A stretch of 64,000 bases of DNA from Candidatus Bathyarchaeia archaeon (GCA_050013255.1 JBEKFP010000001.1:224001-288000); one strand, 5' to 3'. Positions 10,072 to 19,779 are shown, counted from the stretch's first letter. Program-made: numbers and translations. Notes: a model not told the origin generated them from the sequence alone.

Positions 10072-10189
10072 AGCCCAATTCCTGTCTGTCGTTGAAGCGA
10101 CACGCCCATCAAGAATCTGACAAACTTTTTCAATGCTTACAGACTCCCGCGTGCGTAATTATCACTCGATAGGGGCAGTGGAATAACAG

Positions 10190-10708
10190 GTGAGTCAAGA
10201 AACACTGCAGGACTTCGCTGGGATTTGGATTGGAAAGATCAGCGAAGTCGTTAGAACGATAGTTGGTTCAGGCCCGATCAAGTACTTGATCAACTGGAGC
10301 CGAATGTATGCGCTGTGGCCAGTGCACATTACCACAGCTTGTTGCAGCGCAGAGTTTGGCGCAATGATGGGCCCTCGGCTCGACCCTGAAAGGTTTGGTT
10401 TACAGGCGGTTGCGGGAGGCCTTCGGCAATGCGACCTGATCATTGTGGAAGGTACCGTTACAAAGAAAATGGCCAAGCGCCTCAAAATTGTTTACGAGCA
10501 GATGGCCAAGCCAAGGTATGTAATTGCAATGGGGGACTGCGCTTGTTCTGGGGGCCTCTTTCATGATTCATACAGCATCGTAAATGACGTGCACAAACTA
10601 TTCCCAGTAGATGTGTACGTGCCGGGATGCCCACCTAGGCCCGAAGCACTCCTCAGCGCTATCGTGAAACTACGGGAGAAAATACGGAGAGAAGAGGTCT
10701 TCGCCTAG
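10190..10708 (+). CDS. nuoB: Complex I-like oxidoreductase subunit B
   Basis: TACCSAE, MGDCACSGG, VPGCPPRPE motifs. Confidence 0.93.
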   Translation: MSQETLQDFAGIWIGKISEVVRTIVGSGPIKYLINWSRMYALWPVHITTACCSAEFGAMMGPRLDPERFGLQAVAGGLRQCDLIIVEGTVTKKMAKRLKIVYEQMAKPRYVIAMGDCACSGGLFHDSYSIVNDVHKLFPVDVYVPGCPPRPEALLSAIVKLREKIRREEVFA

Positions 10709-11202
10709 TGGCCCAAGTCGCGCTTCCCCGAGAGGAAGAAATAATCAATCAACTGAAAAGCCAATTTCCGGAAGCGATCAAAGAAACCAAGGTCGACCGA
10801 GCGCGGCGCGTAACCATCACCTTTGACAAGGACCATCTCCTGGAAATTGCAACATTCATGCGCGACCAAGCTGGCTTCGACCACGTAAAAGGAATTGCAG
10901 GCATCGACTACCCACCCCACAAGAAGATAGAGGTCCTATATTTCACGGCCTCATTCTCGAAACCAGACATTCAAGATCTTGTCGTTATTCTGAAAACAGA
11001 ATTACCCCGGGATAACCCATCGATCGCCTCCGTCGTTTCTGTGTGGCAAAGCGCGCATTTCCACGAACGGGAAACATTCGAAATGTTCGGGGTAAAATTC
11101 GAGGGGCACCCTGACCTAAGAAAACTACTCACGTTGGACAATTGGGATGGACCACCCCCGATGTTAAAGGATATTAAATTCCCTGAGATGGGCCAACGAT
11201 GA
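10708..11202 (+). CDS. nuoC: Complex I-like oxidoreductase subunit C
   Basis: ERETFEMFGVKFEGHPDLR motif. Confidence 0.92.
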   Translation: MAQVALPREEEIINQLKSQFPEAIKETKVDRARRVTITFDKDHLLEIATFMRDQAGFDHVKGIAGIDYPPHKKIEVLYFTASFSKPDIQDLVVILKTELPRDNPSIASVVSVWQSAHFHERETFEMFGVKFEGHPDLRKLLTLDNWDGPPPMLKDIKFPEMGQR

Positions 11203-12347
11203 CAACACCCCCAGCTGAGACAAAGCCTCCAGCCCCTCCCATCACGATCACTAAGACTGCAGAACCGTCAACCCTGGACGTATCCGTTGGGCCCCAACAC
11301 CCAGGATCCGGACATTTACGAATGCTCATCCGAGTCGACGGCGACTACATCGTATCCGTAGACCTCGACATAGGCTATGTTCACCGAGGCTGCGAGAAAA
11401 TCGCCGAGTATCGAAATTACGTGAGTAACATCCCGCATCTTGAGAGACCATGCATCATAGACGCCATCCACCTAAACTGGGGCTACGTGCTCCCCGTTGA
11501 AGAACTCCAAGGCGTCGAAGTCCCCCCTCGTGGCCAATATATCTCAACCATCGCGGCTGAAATGAACCGCATAATGAGCCACCTTTATTGGCTGGCAATC
11601 AACGCCGGAGTCTTCTCTGGGCACACAACAATTTTCATGTGGGCCTTCGGCGACCGGGACCTATTCATAGAACTCGCAGAGATGCTGACAGGTGCACGCT
11701 TAACGTACTCGTTTCTTCCGCCAGGCGGCCCCAGGCGAGATTTGCCCTTTGGATTTGAAGACAAACTCACCAAACTACTCGATTACTTTGAGAAGAGGCT
11801 TGTCGAGTACGACCGAATCTTCTTCAGTAATCCACTCGTCGTCGCCCGCGCTAAGGGAATTGGTGTCCTCAAGCGGCAGGAAGCAATAGAGTTAGGTGTA
11901 GCAGGCCCAGTGCTCCGAGGGTCAGGCGTTAAGTACGATGTTCGAAAGGTCGAACCGTACGGAGCGTACGCGGATCTCGATTTTGAAATTCCGACTTACC
12001 AAGAAGGCGACTCCTATGCTAGGTTCATGGTAAGATTTGACGAGATGAAACAGAGTATCAAGATCCTTCGACAAGCGCTCGAGAAAATTCCGAAAGGGCC
12101 CATCGCTCGAAAAGCTCCGCTTGTCGCGCCTGAAGGTGAAGCAACTGGCCGCGTTGAATCTTCCCGCGGAGAATATGCGGTGATGGTTATGGGCGACAAT
12201 AGCGACAAGCCGTACCGAGTCAAAATCATGAACGCCTCCTTCCGAAACTTAATCGCACTACCCTACCTCATCCGCAACGTGCATGTTGCTGATATGCCAA
12301 TCATCTATGGAAGCTTAGACTACTGGCCCGTCGAGGCGGACAGGTAA
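11199..12347 (+). CDS. nuoD: Complex I-like oxidoreductase subunit D
   Basis: GPQHP..GHLR, GYVHRGCEK, ESSRGE, C-terminal EADR; no NiFe CxxC pairs. Confidence 0.93.
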   Translation: MTTPPAETKPPAPPITITKTAEPSTLDVSVGPQHPGSGHLRMLIRVDGDYIVSVDLDIGYVHRGCEKIAEYRNYVSNIPHLERPCIIDAIHLNWGYVLPVEELQGVEVPPRGQYISTIAAEMNRIMSHLYWLAINAGVFSGHTTIFMWAFGDRDLFIELAEMLTGARLTYSFLPPGGPRRDLPFGFEDKLTKLLDYFEKRLVEYDRIFFSNPLVVARAKGIGVLKRQEAIELGVAGPVLRGSGVKYDVRKVEPYGAYADLDFEIPTYQEGDSYARFMVRFDEMKQSIKILRQALEKIPKGPIARKAPLVAPEGEATGRVESSRGEYAVMVMGDNSDKPYRVKIMNASFRNLIALPYLIRNVHVADMPIIYGSLDYWPVEADR

Positions 12348-12364
12348 CTGGAGGCACAATCGGC

Positions 12365-13960
12365 ATGGTATTCGAGGCAATGTACGAAGGAATCAAACAC
12401 ATCTTCAAACGAACATTCACCTTGAAGTACCCCTACCAGAAAGTTTTGCTCCCGAAAGGGTTCAGAGGCCGACACCAGCTTTACATGGAGAAGTGCACAG
12501 GCTGCGGAATCTGCGCGTGGATCTGCCCCGAGAGATGCATAAGCATGGTCCCAGTCACTGACCAAAAGGAATATCCACAAAACCCCGAGAAAAGATTCCC
12601 ACAGTACTGGTACGCCCGCTGCTGTTTTTGCCATTTCTGCGTGGCCCCGGACACACTGGTCACCACCAACCCATCTGTTAAGCCGATCAGTGAAATCCAA
12701 GTAGGCGACCGCGTCTTAACGCACACTGGCTTGCATCGTAAGGTGCGCCAAGTCTACAAACATGACTACTCGGGAAGACTATACACGATAAGGCCTTTGG
12801 GCGCTCCCTTCCCGCTCAAGGTAACAGAAGACCACCCACTTCTTGTTTCAACCAGAAACGTCGTAAAGAAGGGACGACTTGAGAAACAAGTTCGAGAACC
12901 TTCTTGGAAGACACCGAAGGAGTTGAAAGCTGGAGATTACTTGACCCTCCCGATTATGAAGGAAACTCGAGACATCGACTTCTTCGAGCAGCGGGTTACA
13001 GTCGGACAACCGAGCACCGGCAAACGACTACCTCGGCAACTAAAGCTTCCAGCAAGTCCTGAGCTATTCAGGTTAGTTGGCTACTATCTCGCTGAGGGCT
13101 ATGCTGTAAGAAGAACAGTTGGCTTCTCCTTCGGAGAACATGAAACCGAATACATCAACGACACGATCCGGCTGCTCAAGAAGCTGTTCAATGGTAAGCC
13201 GAAGACGCAGACCATTCACCACTCAACGCATGTTCTACTGCACTCCGTTGTAGCCCTCCAATTCTTCGAGACATTTGGACGCAGCTCAGACGGAAAGAAA
13301 GTACCAGATTGGATGATGTTCGCGCCGGTTAAGAAACAAAGAGAATTGGTGCTAGGCGCATGGCGCGGCGATGGATATCTCCATGAACCAACTAAGGGCA
13401 ATAAATCAACGTTCTTTGAATATGTCACCGTCTCTCGAACCCTAGCATTCCAGCTGCAGCAACTGCTTATGAGAATGAATCTAGTCGGGGAATTGGCAAG
13501 CCCTCAACACAAGAACAGGAAGCGCTCCTATGTCCTCGCAGTTCGTGGCAAGTTCGTCCCGCGGATGGCAGAGCTCATGGGCATCAAGTTCAGAGATGTT
13601 CGCGAAAAGACATTTACTAGATTTGAACTAGATGACAACTACGTGTATGCACCAATTCTAAGAATCTCATCAACCGACGTTACGAACCAGCCTGTGGTCA
13701 ACCTCTCGGTTGAAGGGGACGAATCTTACGTTGCAGGAAATGTCACAGCGCACAATTGTACCGATTATTGTCCGACTGGGGCGTTGGATTATACGCCTGA
13801 TTATGAGTTGGCTGAGTATGATCGTGAGTTACTTCTCTGGAGCCCGGAACGACTCTCGAGGCCGGCAACCAACATTGGCGAGTACCAGTCGGTCTTGCAT
13901 GGCAACAAGGGCAGCATGGGCGTCACGTTTGAGCTCGTAAACAAGCGGAAATCAGGCTGA
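12365..13960 (+). CDS. nuoI: Complex I-like subunit I (2x[4Fe-4S]) precursor interrupted by an intein
   Basis: YP....P..FRG, CTGCGICAWICP; the second CxxCxxCxxxCP is split by a 373-aa insertion; spliced product 158 aa. Confidence 0.92.
   Translation: MVFEAMYEGIKHIFKRTFTLKYPYQKVLLPKGFRGRHQLYMEKCTGCGICAWICPERCISMVPVTDQKEYPQNPEKRFPQYWYARCCFCHFCVAPDTLVTTNPSVKPISEIQVGDRVLTHTGLHRKVRQVYKHDYSGRLYTIRPLGAPFPLKVTEDHPLLVSTRNVVKKGRLEKQVREPSWKTPKELKAGDYLTLPIMKETRDIDFFEQRVTVGQPSTGKRLPRQLKLPASPELFRLVGYYLAEGYAVRRTVGFSFGEHETEYINDTIRLLKKLFNGKPKTQTIHHSTHVLLHSVVALQFFETFGRSSDGKKVPDWMMFAPVKKQRELVLGAWRGDGYLHEPTKGNKSTFFEYVTVSRTLAFQLQQLLMRMNLVGELASPQHKNRKRSYVLAVRGKFVPRMAELMGIKFRDVREKTFTRFELDDNYVYAPILRISSTDVTNQPVVNLSVEGDESYVAGNVTAHNCTDYCPTGALDYTPDYELAEYDRELLLWSPERLSRPATNIGEYQSVLHGNKGSMGVTFELVNKRKSG
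12638..13756 (+). mobile_element. Intein with a LAGLIDADG homing endonuclease
   Basis: Cys1 (CVAPDT), block B TEDHP, LVGYYLAEG and GAWRGDG, block F VVNLSVEGDESYVA, terminal HN followed by +1 Cys. Confidence 0.95.
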
Positions 13961-14010
13961 GCCTGTGCTAAGACTGAAATTCTAGTCCGCAGTTCTGTAG
14001 TGAGAGAACA

Positions 14011-14115
14011 ATGTCAGACGTCACCGATGATATAGAGCGGAAGAGGGAGAAGAGAACTAAGGCACGCAAGCGTACGCGTGGTCCTTACAGGAAGTCGTCG
14101 CCGCTTCCATTCTGA
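14011..14115 (+). CDS. Small basic peptide (34 aa) with an RKRTRGPYRKS motif
   Basis: MSDVTDDIERKREKRTKARKRTRGPYRKSSPLPF fills the gap between nuoI and the sufC promoter. Confidence 0.5.
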   Translation: MSDVTDDIERKREKRTKARKRTRGPYRKSSPLPF

Positions 14116-14118
14116 TTT

Positions 14119-14134
14119 TATTACGTACGTCATA
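14119..14134. promoter_or_regulatory. Operator TATTAC-N4-GTCATA upstream of sufC
   Basis: TATTACGTACGTCATA overlapping a TTTTATTA TATA-like box. Confidence 0.65.
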
Positions 14135-14189
14135 CTTAATAGCGAGAGCTAAGTTCTAGCGGAATTAGACAAATCACATGTGACGCATA

Positions 14190-14987
14190 ATGCCAACTAC
14201 GCTTGAAATCAAAGACCTCCACGTAAGCATCGAGGGCAAACAGATTCTGAAAGGGGTCAACCTGAAAGTCACACAAGGTGAAATTCACGCGGTCATGGGG
14301 CCAAACGGGTCTGGTAAGAGCACACTGGCGAACACGCTCATGGGCCACCCCAAATACAAGGTGGAGAGCGGCGACATCCTCGTTAATGGAGAGAGCATCC
14401 TTGGCCTACCCCCCGACGCCCGAGCCAAGAAAGGGCTCTTCTTAGCTTTCCAGTACCCTCTTGAAATCTCAGGCGTCCCACTTGCGCAGTTCCTACGCGC
14501 CGCCTACAGATCATTGAGGGGCGAGACGCCAAAGAACGCTGACTCGAAAGGTGTCGGCGGCGAGATGATCTCCGCCCTCGCATTCAAGAAGAAGCTTGAG
14601 GAGAAGTTGAAGGAGGTTGACATGGATCCTGCCTTCGCGAAACGCTACTTGAACGAAGGATTCTCCGGCGGAGAGAAGAAGCGTGCCGAAGTCCTCCAGA
14701 TGGCAATTCTTCAACCGGCAATCGCGATTATGGATGAAACTGATTCCGGGTTGGATATTGACGCAGTCAGGAAGGTGGCTGAGGTTGTTGCCCACATGGC
14801 TGGGCCGGAAATGGGCGTGCTTCTAATAACGCATTACCAGCGGATTCTGGACTACATAAAACCCCAATTCGTCCACGTTATGGTGAATGGCCGCATATTC
14901 CGCTCCGGAGGACCGGAATTAGCTAAAATGCTAGAAGAACGGGGTTACTCGTGGGTGGAGCAAGAGGCTGCAGCTACCGCTACTTGA
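14190..14987 (+). CDS. sufC: Fe-S assembly ABC ATPase SufC
   Basis: GPNGSGKST, FSGGEKKR, DETDSGLD, ITHY motifs. Confidence 0.96.
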   Translation: MPTTLEIKDLHVSIEGKQILKGVNLKVTQGEIHAVMGPNGSGKSTLANTLMGHPKYKVESGDILVNGESILGLPPDARAKKGLFLAFQYPLEISGVPLAQFLRAAYRSLRGETPKNADSKGVGGEMISALAFKKKLEEKLKEVDMDPAFAKRYLNEGFSGGEKKRAEVLQMAILQPAIAIMDETDSGLDIDAVRKVAEVVAHMAGPEMGVLLITHYQRILDYIKPQFVHVMVNGRIFRSGGPELAKMLEERGYSWVEQEAAATAT

Positions 14988-14997
14988 AAGGAACACT

Positions 14998-15013
14998 TAT
15001 TACGTATGTCATA
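14998..15013. promoter_or_regulatory. Operator TATTAC-N4-GTCATA upstream of sufB
   Basis: TATTACGTATGTCATA in the 46-bp intergenic gap. Confidence 0.65.
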
Positions 15014-15033
15014 AGAGAGGTTGTTGATTCGCT

Positions 15034-16437
15034 TTGGCAACTAAGCAAACCCTAGACATCGACTATACCAAGTATAACTTCAGAGACTCCACCGAAGATT
15101 ACGAGTACAAGTTTCCGAAGGGCCTCACACGAGAGGTTGTCGAGAAGATCTCTGCGATAAAGAAGGAACCTGACTGGATGCTCCAGTTTAGGCTGCGTGC
15201 TTACGACCATTTCGTCAAGAGACCGTTGCCCATGTGGGGTGGCGACTTGACCACTCTCAAATTCGATGATATGTTGTATTACGCCAGCCCAACTGAAAAG
15301 AAGAGCCGTTCATGGGAAGACGTGCCTGCGTACATTAAGGATACATTCGATAAGCTGGGCATTCCTGAAGCTGAGAGAAAATTCCTCGGCGGCGTGGGCG
15401 CCCAGTATGAATCCGAAGTTGTATACCACAGCCTTAGAGAAGACCTGGCGAAGAAGGGCATCATTTTCACAGACACCGACACCGCACTCCGAGAGTACCC
15501 GGAAATTTTCAAGAAATATTTCGGAACCGTAATCCCGCCGGAAGATAACAAGTTCGCGGCGTTGAACAGTGCGGTGTGGAGTGGTGGGAGTTTTATCTAC
15601 GTGCCGCCGGGCGTTAACGTCGATGTACCCCTTCAGGCGTACTTTAGAATTAACACGCAAAACATGGGGCAATTCGAGCGAACACTCATCATTGCCGATG
15701 AGAATAGCCGGTTGCATTACATAGAAGGCTGTACGGCCCCAATCTATTCTACCGATTCACTGCACTCAGCCGTGGTCGAGATCATAGCAAGACCAGGCGC
15801 GCACGTACGCTACACGACAATCCAGAATTGGTCTAATGACGTCTACAACCTAGTTACGAAGCGAGCATACGCATATGCTAACGCAACTGTTGAATGGGTT
15901 GACGGAAACCTCGGCAGCAAACTCACAATGAAGTACCCGTCCATCTACCTGCTCGGCCCAGGAGCGAAGGGCGAAATTCTATCAGTAGCCTTCGCCGGCA
16001 AAGGCCAACACCAAGACGCCGGCGGCAAAGTTGTACACCTCGCCCCACACACGACTTCCAGAATCACTTCCAAGTCCGTTTCCAAAGATGGCGGAAGAAC
16101 AACTTACCGAGGCCTACTACACGTCGCTAAGGGAGCTAAGGGGGTCAAGTCGACCGTACGATGCGACGCCCTACTACTTGACGAGTACTCAAGGACCGAC
16201 ACTTACCCATACAACGAGATCAACGAAGACGACGCGACGACAAGCCACGAGGCAACGGTTGGCAAGATCGGAGACGACCAGCTCTTCTATTTAATGTCCC
16301 GCGGACTTTCGGAGCAAGAGGCTCTCAGCATGATCGTCATGGGCTTCATGGAACCATTCACCAAGGAACTGCCGATGGAATATGCCATCGAATTGAACAG
16401 GCTCATCCAAATGGAAATGGCCGGCTCCGTCGGCTAG
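15034..16437 (+). CDS. sufB: Fe-S assembly scaffold SufB
   Basis: [31 protein letters not shown] motifs. Confidence 0.96.
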   Translation: MATKQTLDIDYTKYNFRDSTEDYEYKFPKGLTREVVEKISAIKKEPDWMLQFRLRAYDHFVKRPLPMWGGDLTTLKFDDMLYYASPTEKKSRSWEDVPAYIKDTFDKLGIPEAERKFLGGVGAQYESEVVYHSLREDLAKKGIIFTDTDTALREYPEIFKKYFGTVIPPEDNKFAALNSAVWSGGSFIYVPPGVNVDVPLQAYFRINTQNMGQFERTLIIADENSRLHYIEGCTAPIYSTDSLHSAVVEIIARPGAHVRYTTIQNWSNDVYNLVTKRAYAYANATVEWVDGNLGSKLTMKYPSIYLLGPGAKGEILSVAFAGKGQHQDAGGKVVHLAPHTTSRITSKSVSKDGGRTTYRGLLHVAKGAKGVKSTVRCDALLLDEYSRTDTYPYNEINEDDATTSHEATVGKIGDDQLFYLMSRGLSEQEALSMIVMGFMEPFTKELPMEYAIELNRLIQMEMAGSVG

Positions 16438-16499
16438 ACACCTCTTTTTTACCCACGTAACCCGTACCGGTACCCGTAACCTGAGAACGTGTTCCAGCA

Positions 16500-17915
16500 A
16501 TGTCAGAGTTGACATTAACAAAAGCAAGCGAACAGCACATCCGATCCTTAGCGGAATCCAGGCATGAACCCGAATGGTTACGGGAATTTCGCATCAAATC
16601 ACTCAACCTGTTTCGCAAGCTTCCCGTCGAACTCTCAAATTTGTATACGAAGTACGTGGACCTTGCAGGCGTCGACTTCGAATCAGTCAGCTTAGCCCCT
16701 TCAGAGCCGTCCGAGTCTCAAATTGAGGACGTTATGGCTAAGCTGAAGTCTGACAAGGCGATCACGATTTTTCAAATTGAATCGAAAACTTTCCCAGCCG
16801 AGATGCCCGAAGCTCTCCGAAAGGAAGGCGTAGTCTTTGCGGATATCGGGACTGCGATTCGAAGCGAACCAGAATTATTCCGTCGCTATTTCCTGGAGAA
16901 AGCAATTCTTCCTGAGGATGATAAGTTCGCGGCATTGAACAACGCGCTCTTCACTTCAGGGTTCTACTTACATGTCCCGAAGGGACTTGAAGTAATCGTC
17001 CCATTCAGGGTCGTAACCATACTCGACTCGGAGGGGCACGGAGTTTTCGCCCAGAACCTTGTAATGGCGGACAATCGGAGTAAGTTTACGATCCTTGAAG
17101 AGTTGTATTCGACTCGCTCAACAGGCCAGTCGAAGTCTACGTACAGTGGGCTATCTGAAGTCTACTTGCACGAAGGCGCAGAAGTTACGTACGGAAGCAT
17201 AAACAACCTATCCCAAAACGTGAACATATTTTCGAACAAGAAATCAATAGGGGAACGGGATAGCAAGATCGTTTGGTCCACAGGATTGCTCGGGGGCGCC
17301 TATACAAGGTCCCGGCTAGAGAGCGTCATGAAGGAATCCGGTGCGTCTTCTGAGAACGTGGAGGTTGTTTTTGGGGCTGGGACGCAACGCTTCGACACTG
17401 TCTCGAACATTACTCATAGCGGGCCAAATACTAGCGGCCACGCTATTTCAAAAGGAGTAGTCAAAGATAAGGCAAAGGCAATCTTCAAGGGTATGATCAG
17501 AATCGAAGCGAACGCTAAGAACTCGCGGGCCTACCTCGCAGAACACGCCATGATACTCAGCAAAGACGCCCTAGCCGACGCAATCCCCGGCCTCGAGATC
17601 GAAACGAACGATGTGAAGGCCACGCATTCGGCGTCGGTCGCGCAAATCGATGAGGAAGAAATCTTCTACCTAATGGCCAGAGGCCTCTCGAAAGATGAAG
17701 CGAAGAAACTCATCATCGTCGGATTCTTCGAACCACTCGTGGAACGCATTCCAGTTCCCGAAGTTGCAAGACGCATTCGAAGAATCATAGACCTGAAATG
17801 GTCAGGCATCTACGACTTCGCCTCCAGCCTCACGATCCCAGCCTTTGACGACGAGTACTACGAAGAGGGACAGAAGACCCGCGACATATTCGAAGGACAC
17901 TACAAGTACCGTTAG
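16500..17915 (+). CDS. sufD: Fe-S assembly protein SufD
   Basis: SufB paralog; PGLEIETNDVKATHSASV and FYLMARG motifs. Confidence 0.92.
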   Translation: MSELTLTKASEQHIRSLAESRHEPEWLREFRIKSLNLFRKLPVELSNLYTKYVDLAGVDFESVSLAPSEPSESQIEDVMAKLKSDKAITIFQIESKTFPAEMPEALRKEGVVFADIGTAIRSEPELFRRYFLEKAILPEDDKFAALNNALFTSGFYLHVPKGLEVIVPFRVVTILDSEGHGVFAQNLVMADNRSKFTILEELYSTRSTGQSKSTYSGLSEVYLHEGAEVTYGSINNLSQNVNIFSNKKSIGERDSKIVWSTGLLGGAYTRSRLESVMKESGASSENVEVVFGAGTQRFDTVSNITHSGPNTSGHAISKGVVKDKAKAIFKGMIRIEANAKNSRAYLAEHAMILSKDALADAIPGLEIETNDVKATHSASVAQIDEEEIFYLMARGLSKDEAKKLIIVGFFEPLVERIPVPEVARRIRRIIDLKWSGIYDFASSLTIPAFDDEYYEEGQKTRDIFEGHYKYR

Positions 17916-18013
17916 CGCTAATATGATTGAGAGGCCTCTGGTTGAATCGGGCTTCTATGGTGATACACTGAAGCGTATCGCCAAACAAGATACCAAGTGC
18001 ATGTCTCTAACAG

Positions 18014-18982
18014 TCAATCTTCAAGCTGTGCCCGCAGCAATGATCGCAGTTCGATAGCCTTCGCATTTGGGTTTAGTGTTCGATCCAACACTATTATTCG
18101 GTTGCGGTCGTAGCGACCATTCGCGAGTCTCCTAAAAATAATTGACTCAGCCTTGCCACGACCAATGTAGGTCCCGGCAGAGTAATGCAGACTAAACCCG
18201 ACAAGGACTATGAGAGCATAATGGTAAGAAGTAGGTGCCCCTGCCCAGAGAACGTTGTAGAAAATTCCTAGCAGACTGACCAGTATGTTGAGACCGATAA
18301 TCGATCCCAATACACCGGTTAGAAGAGTTGAGTGAAATGGTCCTGAATTGATGCCGATAATCTTGAATCGCCTGAAATATGGAAGGGCGATCGAAGGGAC
18401 CAGGCCCGAGATCATGGTGATCACAATCAACCCCGGTGTCAGCCGAAGCGAAAATAGAACACCGCTCGCACGCTGAGGAGTAGCCAAGAAGTTCAATGAA
18501 TGCAGTACCAACCGTAGCACACCGGGCCTTGTACTTGCCGTCCTTGACGGGTCAGCACTGTAGATGTCCCATCCTATGGCAATCGACGTGAAGAACAATA
18601 CTAATGGCAGGTAGACTAAGTGAGATTTCGCGATGAGGGCCTTTCCGAGGTGCAAGAATTTTTCATCCTTAGGTCTGATCACCTGCTTCGTCTTAGTGAG
18701 CCTCGCAATCAATCCAGCTATGTTCAACGAGCACATGCCTCCGAGGAGTATGATTGATCCATAACCCAGGCCTACGACCAGAAGCCCTACTATTGACGTA
18801 AAGACTGCGACTGCAAATGGATCGAGACCAACATGGGTAAGCTGGGGGATTGAGAACGTTGAAACCGCAGCGACAGAATACGCAACGAATCCTAGGATCA
18901 GCGGTCCGGCCGCATCGATAACCGCGCCACGTTCGGTGAATTTCCTCATTCCACCAGGATCTCTGACCATCCTTAACCCCAT
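18014..18982 (-). CDS. Multi-pass membrane protein of unknown function
   Basis: 322-aa ORF with about 6-7 hydrophobic segments. Confidence 0.6.
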   Translation of the reverse strand: MGLRMVRDPGGMRKFTERGAVIDAAGPLILGFVAYSVAAVSTFSIPQLTHVGLDPFAVAVFTSIVGLLVVGLGYGSIILLGGMCSLNIAGLIARLTKTKQVIRPKDEKFLHLGKALIAKSHLVYLPLVLFFTSIAIGWDIYSADPSRTASTRPGVLRLVLHSLNFLATPQRASGVLFSLRLTPGLIVITMISGLVPSIALPYFRRFKIIGINSGPFHSTLLTGVLGSIIGLNILVSLLGIFYNVLWAGAPTSYHYALIVLVGFSLHYSAGTYIGRGKAESIIFRRLANGRYDRNRIIVLDRTLNPNAKAIELRSLLRAQLED

Positions 18983-19044
18983 ACTCTTGCTAGGAAACTG
19001 AAGGTGAACTAAAAGCAGGACTATTTACGTACATACTCTGGCTT

Positions 19045-19096
19045 GCTATCAATTCAATCAATTGGCAGAGATTCTATAAGGAGGGGAGCAACTGCT
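19045..19096 (+). repeat. ~52-bp direct repeat, copy 1 (att-like left boundary)
   Basis: GCTATCAATTCAATCARTTGGCAGAGATTCTATAAGGA(A)GGGGAGC...GCT, also at 30675-30727. Confidence 0.85.
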
Positions 19097-19179
19097 GATA
19101 TTTGTTACTGGGGAAAACCCATTCGACGGTTTCTTACAGCCCTACCCGTCCGACATCAACTTTACAGGGCCTCACAAGG

Positions 19180-19779
19180 TCAGAACACTCGGGTAATAGG
19201 CTTGAATGCGGGGACCGGCCGCGTCCTCGTCGCGAACATGGCCAACGCGATGCCCCAAGCACGGTCATCATGCGTCCCATCTGGGTGGCTGAATTGAATT
19301 TGACCGGCCTTGGTGAGCTGGAATCGTTCGATGTTCAACTCGTTGGCTAACTCAAGTTGGTAGGGGATCAGGAATCGGTTCTGCTGCATCATCATCTTGA
19401 GGTAGTTCATCACGTCCTGTTTGACCGGTGCGGAGAGGACGATGCCTTCCGCGTTATGGAGCGACTTCCTCGCCTCTTCTACGACGCTCTCTCCGACGCC
19501 CGTTTGGTCGATTAGAATTCTATGAACCGTTTGCAACTTCGCCGTGAGGACTCGAACGAAGCCGACAACGCCCGCCTCACCAGTGTACTCCGTTCCTAGC
19601 GGGAAGACCTTGAGGCCCACTAGGCGGAAGGTGTCCCCGTCTTTTCGGACGAGGGCTAGGACGCTGTAGTCCTGTTTCTTGCCGAGGTCGAGGCCGGCCC
19701 AGTAGTCAGCGCGGGAGGTCTGCTGCAAGTTCCGTCGCCCAGAAGCTTCGCAATTCTCCGCCGAACTCTCGGATTTCAA
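19180..19779 (-). CDS. Terminase large subunit, C-terminal RNase H-like nuclease domain (separate frame)
   Basis: WAGLDLGKKQDYS, IDQTGVGE and HDDRAW motifs; frame overlaps the ATPase ORF by 74 nt. Confidence 0.8.
   Translation of the reverse strand: MKSESSAENCEASGRRNLQQTSRADYWAGLDLGKKQDYSVLALVRKDGDTFRLVGLKVFPLGTEYTGEAGVVGFVRVLTAKLQTVHRILIDQTGVGESVVEEARKSLHNAEGIVLSAPVKQDVMNYLKMMMQQNRFLIPYQLELANELNIERFQLTKAGQIQFSHPDGTHDDRAWGIALAMFATRTRPVPAFKPITRVF

Noticed and set aside
11199-12347. Group 4 [NiFe] hydrogenase large subunit
   Set aside because: Both Ni-binding CxxC motifs are absent
16453-16481. Short CCGTA(A/C)C repeats between sufB and sufD
   Set aside because: Only ~30 bp of low complexity; no second occurrence noticed to support a function
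19097-19180. Pseudogene of the zinc-ribbon gene after the left repeat (ICYWGKP versus YCYGCGKS)
   Set aside because: Similarity is too short to distinguish from chance
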